This document shows, in pieces, positions 58,081 to 64,000 of a stretch of 64,000 nt of DNA; position 1 is the stretch's first letter, and each line of letters starts with the position of its first letter. The DNA is from a virus (lineage: Duplodnaviria > Caudoviricetes). Position numbers and translations under genes: made by a program. The stretch is from positions 1-64,000 of the IMG/VR virus record IMGVR_UViG_2756170261_000003; one strand, written 5' to 3'. Below the pieces are notes generated by a model. It was given only the letters and a program-made list of their open reading frames with translations. It was not told the origin of the DNA and did no database searches.

Positions 58081-59766
58081 TTAGTGGCGCAGGTTCTTCA
58101 CGTTGATCATGGCCGCGCCGCGAGCCGATGGGCCGTGCGGGTTGACGCTGGTGAAGTTGCGGGCGTAGAAGCCAGCGCCGGTCTTGAGGTCTTGATTGAC
58201 GGCCAGCGGAACCACGGTAGGCGGCACGGCGTCACCCAGCACGAACGGGTTACGGGTAACGTCCGTAGCGCGTCCGATGCACAGGATTTGCGCGGTGGTG
58301 TCGCCCTCAACAACAACCTTGGGCGTGTAGTACACCTCGTAGCGACCAAACAGCGTGCCGACACGGAAGATTCCCGGGCGCTCGACCACGCCAGACGGCA
58401 CAAACAGTTCGCGCGGCAGCGACATGAATTGAGCGGCGATGTTCTTGCCGACATAAATGTGCGTGATGCCGTGGTTCATGGTGTCGATAGCCATTTGCTG
58501 GGAAACGACAGCCAGGATCGAAGCGAAGTCGCCCCAAATCTGCGCAAGGGTCTTTTCCTGCTTTTGGCCGTCCCAGTCGAAATCGAAATCGACTTGGTTG
58601 TTCTGCGCCAGGCGCTTGGCCTTCAACAGGGTTTCGTAGTGGCGCTCGTTACCGAACTGCGCTTGAATGGCGATAACGCTTTCGCTGTACGGGTCAAGGC
58701 CCAGTTCGTTAGCCATCTGCGTACGGCTGTCGATGGTTTGCTGGGTAATGACGCGCCACGGCTTGGCGTTCAGGCGGAAGGTCTTGACGGACGAAATGAT
58801 GCGGGGCGTAACGCTCGGGTCGCGCTCGTAGTCGATAAAGCCCTCAACGTGGACAGGAACCGACACAGGCAGCGCGGGGGTGGACGTGAGGGCGATAGCG
58901 CCGGTATCCGTATTGATGGAGCCGCCAATCAGGTAGGTGGTGCCTTCAATGACGGTGGTGCCGGAAACGGTCGAATTGCCGGTGCCGGACGAATCGACTT
59001 CTTTGCCAACCACCAGGCCGTTGACGTAGACGATGGAGCGACCGCGCAGCAGCTTGACGCCGGGCGATGCGGGCGCGCAGGTTTCGTCGGAATCCTGAAC
59101 GGTGGTCAGCTTGCCGGTGATAGCGCCGGTGGGTTCGCCTTCGCCATCCACAGCAATGGTGCATTTGTGGACGCGAGACGATGAAATGTAGGAGTCGCCC
59201 GAGTGGGTGCCGTCCATGATTGCGCCTTCCGCGTACGCCCCGTGAGTCGATCCAGCGTCATGCGTCATGATCGCCAGAATGGCCTCGTTCGAGCCAATAT
59301 CAGCCGGCAGGTAGTGGGCGAAGGGGATAGCCTCGCCAATGGCCGACAGGATCGCGATAACAGCCCGGTTCGGCTGCAGCGAAATCTGGTCGTGGTGGTC
59401 GGAGCTTGCCGAGTCCAGATGGAACCGGCGGCGGGCATCGTCGGTGGTGGCGTAGGCCGAATGGATGGCCTGTTCGATCACGTCAGCGGAGGGTTCGGTG
59501 CCGTGCTGGCCCTCGAAGGCGCTGATGCCGTCGAGAATCGCGCGCGTAACCTTGATCTTGCCTTCGCCGCCGACTTCATCCAGCACAGTCGCCAGCTTTT
59601 CGGGCATCTTCGAGTCGCCACGGCTGGCGGATTCGGTAATGAAATCCTCGGCGGCGGCGGAATCGAACACACCGCTGGGGGCGGAGTTGTCTTTGAGGTC
59701 TGCAACAAATTGGGATACTTCGGCGGTTTCGCGCTTGAAGTAATCCTGATGCACTCGCTTAGTCAT
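58081..59766 (-). CDS. Major capsid protein (P1 gp23-like)
   Basis: 561 aa, strong codon bias, TIDSRTQMANELGLD, GTLFGRYEVYYTP, GDAVP. Confidence 0.8.
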   Translation of the reverse strand: MTKRVHQDYFKRETAEVSQFVADLKDNSAPSGVFDSAAAEDFITESASRGDSKMPEKLATVLDEVGGEGKIKVTRAILDGISAFEGQHGTEPSADVIEQAIHSAYATTDDARRRFHLDSASSDHHDQISLQPNRAVIAILSAIGEAIPFAHYLPADIGSNEAILAIMTHDAGSTHGAYAEGAIMDGTHSGDSYISSSRVHKCTIAVDGEGEPTGAITGKLTTVQDSDETCAPASPGVKLLRGRSIVYVNGLVVGKEVDSSGTGNSTVSGTTVIEGTTYLIGGSINTDTGAIALTSTPALPVSVPVHVEGFIDYERDPSVTPRIISSVKTFRLNAKPWRVITQQTIDSRTQMANELGLDPYSESVIAIQAQFGNERHYETLLKAKRLAQNNQVDFDFDWDGQKQEKTLAQIWGDFASILAVVSQQMAIDTMNHGITHIYVGKNIAAQFMSLPRELFVPSGVVERPGIFRVGTLFGRYEVYYTPKVVVEGDTTAQILCIGRATDVTRNPFVLGDAVPPTVVPLAVNQDLKTGAGFYARNFTSVNPHGPSARGAAMINVKNLRH

Positions 59767-59830
59767 GTTTTCTATCCTTATCGGAAAAGTTCAAATGCAG
59801 AAGACGCCGGAACAATTCCGACTGACTGCA

Positions 59831-59871
59831 ATTGTTTCCCGCGTGACTGGCGCGGGAAGTTGGCTTTTTCC
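59831..59871 (-). promoter_or_regulatory. Putative late promoter GGAAAA-N29-AACAAT
   Basis: Copy 6; upstream of capsid; 8-bp IR TTCCCGCG/CGCGGGAA in/at spacer. Confidence 0.7.
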
Positions 59872-59884
59872 GATATTGATAGGA

Positions 59885-60427
59885 CTATGGGGCAGGTTCG
59901 CCCGAGGGCGGCTCTGCGCCTGGGCCTGGCTCGAAATCGAGCGCACTGAAAGTGTCCATGTCTCCGCGTCGATTCATGACATAGCGCATAACATAAGGGG
60001 GGATGTTGATGGTGGTCTCGACCTGCACCACCTCATAGGCAACCCGCACCCCTTCACCAAGCATGATCAAGGCAACATCATTCTTCTTAACCTCGAACGA
60101 ATTTGGCATGCCAGGCGCTTCTGCTGGCTCAATCAGAAACCGGAATTCATCGCCCGAGTTGTTGTTCGCATCCATTCTGTCCATCATGACGGACGGATTG
60201 AACTGCTCTGCCTGCATCGTGTAGCCATTTCCAATGAATTCCCATTTGACCTGCTCTTCATCGTCCGAACTCATGACGGCCAGCCCGCCCATGGTCGGCA
60301 TGCCGCCCGACTCGGGGCCGGGGCGTGTCACCCTCTTTCTGAACACCTGGCAATTGAATGTATTGGGGTGGTTGATGATGACATTGCGCGCCATTCTGCT
60401 GACGCCCTGCGGTACATTAGTAAGCAT
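59885..60427 (-). CDS. Head-closure/neck-like protein (hypothetical)
   Basis: 180 aa, beta-rich; upstream of capsid. Confidence 0.55.
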   Translation of the reverse strand: MLTNVPQGVSRMARNVIINHPNTFNCQVFRKRVTRPGPESGGMPTMGGLAVMSSDDEEQVKWEFIGNGYTMQAEQFNPSVMMDRMDANNNSGDEFRFLIEPAEAPGMPNSFEVKKNDVALIMLGEGVRVAYEVVQVETTINIPPYVMRYVMNRRGDMDTFSALDFEPGPGAEPPSGEPAP

Positions 60428-60435
60428 CCTTTACC

Positions 60436-61476
60436 TCACTTGCTGCCTGCCGCTGCGGCCAAGGCTATTTGTTCGTCTGACAATCCCATAGACTTAAATA
60501 GGGCAATCTGCGCTGCGTTGAATCCTGCCGCCGATGGCTTTGCTCGCCTTGTGGCCGCCGTTAGCTTCTTTGGCTTTGGTGCCTTGCTTATGGCGTCCTG
60601 CAAGGCCCGGCGCTCGCGCGCGATGGCGGCGGCCTTGCGCCTGTCTTCCGTGGTCTTGATGTCGCGCACGCGCCCCTTTTTGGCGGCCTCTTCGGCCTCC
60701 TTTTGGGTCTGTCGCAGCACGGCCTTGTTTTCGTCGCTGTTGCGCGCACGCTCAAGCAGGCGGGTCAGGAACAGCAGCACCGTACCCGACGACTCGATTT
60801 CAGCCATGACGCGCAGGACGTGCTTGCACCCGACGCCGTGAAGGTTCGGGTTGCGGATCTTCGGGAAGCCGGTTTCGGCCCGGCCAGCGTTGAAGCTGCC
60901 AATGGTCGAAATGTAGCGAAACCAGTACGTGTGCCTGCCACAGTCGCAATCGAACTTGAGCGGTTGCTTGCGTAGCCAGTTGGCGGCCTGCTTGGGATTC
61001 TTCGCCCCCGCCGATGCCGCCGCCCCGTAACTCATGAACTCGACGGCGACGTGGTGGCGCGACACGTTAGAGTCCGGCCCGGCATTCGTCACGAAGCGCA
61101 CCCGGCCATTGCTGGCGGATGCTGGCACGGCCATGCGTATCTCGCGCTGGGCGCGCTCCCGGTCAACAGGAAGCGACATATCCAGCACCTGGCGCGCGCG
61201 TATTCCGCCCTTGAAATGGCGCTGCACCGTGCGTATGTTCTGCCGGAATACGGCCAGGTCATCGGCGCTGATCGGTCGGACTTCGCCCCCCAGCGTGGTC
61301 ATGAGCACGCGCCCGGCGTCGTATTCGCCCACAACCTCTTTCGGGTTCAGGATATTTTGAGCGACAGCCCGGCGGGCCTTGTCGAACGCGGCTGCCTCTT
61401 TGGCCTCGGTAGCGGAGCCGTACAGCTTGCCCATCCATGAGCCAGCGGAGCGCCCCCCGTTTTGATTGGTCGCCAT
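60436..61476 (-). CDS. SWIM zinc-finger protein
   Basis: FDCDCGRH...PKIRNP...CKHVLRV. Confidence 0.7.
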   Translation of the reverse strand: MATNQNGGRSAGSWMGKLYGSATEAKEAAAFDKARRAVAQNILNPKEVVGEYDAGRVLMTTLGGEVRPISADDLAVFRQNIRTVQRHFKGGIRARQVLDMSLPVDRERAQREIRMAVPASASNGRVRFVTNAGPDSNVSRHHVAVEFMSYGAAASAGAKNPKQAANWLRKQPLKFDCDCGRHTYWFRYISTIGSFNAGRAETGFPKIRNPNLHGVGCKHVLRVMAEIESSGTVLLFLTRLLERARNSDENKAVLRQTQKEAEEAAKKGRVRDIKTTEDRRKAAAIARERRALQDAISKAPKPKKLTAATRRAKPSAAGFNAAQIALFKSMGLSDEQIALAAAAGSK

Positions 61477-61811
61477 CAGTCATTCATCCATGTGGGCTTA
61501 CCGTCTTCCCGGTAATCGCCGCGCGTCTCGAACCCGGCTCGGCGCTTGAGCGCGTATAGCTGCCCCTCATTGGGAAGGGTCAGGCGCTGCTGGGCCAATG
61601 GCCGGTCGAATGCATCCAGGCCAGCGGCGGCGGCAATAACCATGAATTCATCACGGCGGCCATACACGCGCTGCGACACCAGCGACAAATCCCAAACTTC
61701 GTCGGGCTTGGTCTCGTAGAAAATCGCCTGTTCCCAGGGCTTCGTACGCTGGGCGAAATCGCGCACCATGCGATAGAAGTTCTTGGCGGCGTTGGTGTCT
61801 TGGTCAATCAT
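61476..61811 (-). CDS. Baseplate gpX/LysM-like protein
   Basis: YETKPDEVWDLSLVSQRVYG...IAAAAG...LTLP. Confidence 0.6.
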   Translation of the reverse strand: MIDQDTNAAKNFYRMVRDFAQRTKPWEQAIFYETKPDEVWDLSLVSQRVYGRRDEFMVIAAAAGLDAFDRPLAQQRLTLPNEGQLYALKRRAGFETRGDYREDGKPTWMND

Positions 61812-61818
61812 GGCCGCC

Positions 61819-62322
61819 CTAGAAGGTAATCACTTCGCCCGCGTTCAGGCGGTCGCCAATGCCGTTCAGGGAATCGACCATGGCGAACATGCTTTGCAGG
61901 GTGCCGGCGCGCTTGTACGCATACCAGCAGGTCATGACGGCGGCCACTTGGCTGCACGTCACAGCGTCCGATATTCGGTAGCGAAAGCCATTCATATCAA
62001 CGCCGTCCTTTTCGATCACCGATGACGGGTCAGAGCGCCCAGCGCGCGCGCCGAACGTCAGGCGCGGGCTTTTGCCGTCCGAGGCAATGCCGGTTTTCAG
62101 GGAAAAGAAGGCGTTGATGCCGTCCTGCATGTCGTCTTCGGTGAACAGGCCATCGCGCGGCACGGTCAGGTCATTGGTCAGCACAACGCAGTTTTCGCGC
62201 CGTTCCCGCCGGTAATCCGCCTCAACGGATACGGCCAGCACTTCGGCGTCCGGGTCGTAGGCCGAAAACAGGGATACCGGCTTGCCGCCGTACCCGGACA
62301 CGGTTGACTGGATCAGGATCAT
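61819..62322 (-). CDS. Hypothetical phage protein
   Basis: 167 aa, coupled to neighbours. Confidence 0.65.
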   Translation of the reverse strand: MILIQSTVSGYGGKPVSLFSAYDPDAEVLAVSVEADYRRERRENCVVLTNDLTVPRDGLFTEDDMQDGINAFFSLKTGIASDGKSPRLTFGARAGRSDPSSVIEKDGVDMNGFRYRISDAVTCSQVAAVMTCWYAYKRAGTLQSMFAMVDSLNGIGDRLNAGEVITF

Positions 62323-63038
62323 GCCAATTCCCCAGGGTAGGTATCGACGGCCACAACCAGCGGGTATCCACTTGGGTCGTCCGGGCCGGTTCCCTTGCCA
62401 TCGTTCGGTTCGCCATCCTTGGGGGCGCTGAAAAGCGGCACCGTCACGCGCAGCGTCACGTCCACGGCCAGAATGTTCTTGTTCTTGCTGTCGGTCTGGA
62501 TGCCCATAGCCACCATGCCCGGGTCTTCAATCTGAACCGGCCAGCGCTTGGCAATCCCTGCGAACGTGTAGCCGGCGTAGAAGCGCCGATTGACGGGCGA
62601 GTCAAGCCACAGGCCGAACTGGGCCGCCAGCGACTTGACTGTAGGCTCGTCTTCGGCGCAGAACGCCACTTGCGTACGTATCTCGCCCGATAGGGTGCGC
62701 AGCTTGAAATGGCGCTCTTTCGGGTCGCCCGGGATGATGACGCTCAATTCGTCGGCCACCTGGGTAGTGAAGTCACGCGACGGCGCGGACAAGTCGCGGG
62801 CCATAGCCACGAACACAACCGGCATCTTGGCCGGCCTGGTGGGGGCGCTGTCGGTGTCGTTGCGCTGCCAGCTTGCAAGCATGTCCTCGATGGCGTCCAC
62901 CATGCGCGATGGTGCCCAGGCAATGCTTTTGTCCAGCCCGCGATTGACGTATTCGTGCATCGGCTTTGTGGTCGGAGCCAATGAGCGGTAGTAGCCGCCC
63001 ATGAACTCGCCAAACGCCGCCTTGACCGGCTCAAACAT
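62319..63038 (-). CDS. Tail completion/terminator-like protein (hypothetical)
   Basis: 239 aa, MPVVFVAM motif, GAGG RBS. Confidence 0.55.
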   Translation of the reverse strand: MFEPVKAAFGEFMGGYYRSLAPTTKPMHEYVNRGLDKSIAWAPSRMVDAIEDMLASWQRNDTDSAPTRPAKMPVVFVAMARDLSAPSRDFTTQVADELSVIIPGDPKERHFKLRTLSGEIRTQVAFCAEDEPTVKSLAAQFGLWLDSPVNRRFYAGYTFAGIAKRWPVQIEDPGMVAMGIQTDSKNKNILAVDVTLRVTVPLFSAPKDGEPNDGKGTGPDDPSGYPLVVAVDTYPGELA

Positions 63039-63042
63039 GCGA

Positions 63043-63864
63043 TTACCTCAAGAATTTGCCAAGCAGGCGGTGGTAGAGCGGGTTATCCGGCTGGGATTCC
63101 TGTTGCGGCTCGATGAACTCGGGCAGTTTCTCCGCCCCCATGAAGGCCGCCGCGTCGCGCTTCATGCGGTCGATACCGGAAATTGACACGGCCACGGGCG
63201 AGATCGCCGCACTGTCCAGCACGGAAACGTCCTGGCCGCGCGATGACAGGATGGACAGCAACTGCTCGTTTTCGATCTGCAGGCGTTCCAGCGATTCCAG
63301 CGCCATATCGCGGGCATGGTTTGCGCTGTCCAGCAGCATGAGCATGGCCGCGTTCTGTTCGTTCTGCTCGGCCAGGACAACATCGTCGTACGTCATGCCG
63401 TTCACATCGTCCAGCGCATAGCCGCGATTGGTGGAGTAGTTCGGCTCGTTCACATAGTCGAAGCCGAAGAATTCCGGCCGCCTCGGGTCAATGGCCGACG
63501 AAAAGCCGCCCACCTTGCTGTTGTACATGCGTGCGGCAATCTGGCCTGTAGCGGTATCAAGGAATTCCGCCTGGTGCTCAATCGTGCCGTCAGGGTGCGC
63601 GCGCAGCAGTGTGGTGACAATGGCCGGCTCGACGGCGTGTACCTTGCCCTCGGCAATGCCGCCCTCGGCTGGGTTCATGCCAAAGCGGATGCGGGGCCAG
63701 TGACCGAAAAAGCCGGTCATATCCCGGTTCGCGACACGTTCCTGCGCCTCGGGGCTGTTGACAGCATCCACGATGGCCTTGATGTTGAAATGGCGTTCTT
63801 TGCCGCGATACTTGCGGCCCCGTTCCTTGAGGTTGTACGAAATAACGGGCGTAGTCGCTCCCAT
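63043..63864 (-). CDS. Prohead protease (P1 Pro-like)
   Basis: GFFGH, HQAEFLDTATG, GGFSSA, FFGFDYVNEPNY; AAGGAG RBS. Confidence 0.75.
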   Translation of the reverse strand: MGATTPVISYNLKERGRKYRGKERHFNIKAIVDAVNSPEAQERVANRDMTGFFGHWPRIRFGMNPAEGGIAEGKVHAVEPAIVTTLLRAHPDGTIEHQAEFLDTATGQIAARMYNSKVGGFSSAIDPRRPEFFGFDYVNEPNYSTNRGYALDDVNGMTYDDVVLAEQNEQNAAMLMLLDSANHARDMALESLERLQIENEQLLSILSSRGQDVSVLDSAAISPVAVSISGIDRMKRDAAAFMGAEKLPEFIEPQQESQPDNPLYHRLLGKFLR

Positions 63865-63892
63865 GGCGGACTCCTTTGCAATCTATACGGCA

Positions 63893-63933
63893 ATGATCGC
63901 CCGCCGGGAAACCATGGAAACCTTCAAATTTCC
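63893..63933 (-). promoter_or_regulatory. Putative late promoter GGAAAT-N29-GATCAT
   Basis: Copy 7 (most divergent); upstream of protease. Confidence 0.55.
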
Positions 63934-63936
63934 CAC

Positions 63937-64000
63937 CTACACGTCCGCGAAGGCATCCCCGGCCTTGGCCGCCACGTCATCGGCCAACGCTTCCGCGCCG
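63937..64000 (-). CDS. C-terminal end of upstream gene (partial)
   Basis: ...GAEALADDVAAKAGDAFADV* ends at TAG 63939-63937. Confidence 0.5.
   Translation of the reverse strand, partial: GAEALADDVAAKAGDAFADV

Larger units (their letters stand above)
17803..64000. mobile_element. Integrated P1-like myovirus prophage (right boundary outside window)
   Basis: Integrase next to tRNA att; lysis, tail, baseplate, portal, capsid, protease and Dar-like genes, nearly all on the minus strand. Confidence 0.9.

Noticed and set aside
56332-59184. 950-aa plus-strand ORF, and similar ones at 40222-42750, 38755-40140, 27290-28594, and minus-strand 6617-7831
   Set aside because: Antisense shadows of GC3-biased real genes; no motifs or RBS.
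1-64000. CRISPR array, IS elements, second DGR target
   Set aside because: No regularly spaced repeats, transposase ORFs or additional VR-like copy seen in this window.

Overview
Two mobile elements lie in tandem on either side of a duplicated tRNA-Leu(CAA) 3' half (17750-17802); the tRNA sequence and the LexA box type suggest a betaproteobacterial host (inference). LEFT (1-17.6 kb): the right end of an integrative defence island. It carries a Gabija-like OLD nuclease + UvrD pair; a C5-methyltransferase / Eco29kI-family REase / second GIY-YIG operon preceded by a LexA box; Vsr; an orphan HigA-like antitoxin; a MORC-type GHKL ATPase + Rossmann-like partner + second C5-MTase module; and an excisionase and integrase. 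RIGHT (17.8-64 kb, continuing past the window): an integrated P1-like myovirus prophage. It contains an integrase, lysis cassette, tail/baseplate/head genes, a contiguous hdf-darA-darB-ulx antirestriction block, and a complete diversity-generating retroelement (target VR - avd - TR - RT; 9/9 TR-VR mismatches at TR adenines) acting on a tail-fibre-like gene. Less obvious signals read directly from the DNA: a 7-copy putative late-promoter motif GGAAA(A/T)-N29-(-10 box) with invariant spacing; strong avoidance of several 6-bp palindromes in the prophage, where the only CTCGAG I found was created by DGR mutagenesis; the DGR hairpin embedded in the avd reading frame; a candidate +1 frameshift in a putative tail chaperone; and a non-canonical integrase active site. 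All product calls come from motif recognition by eye, not from database searches.
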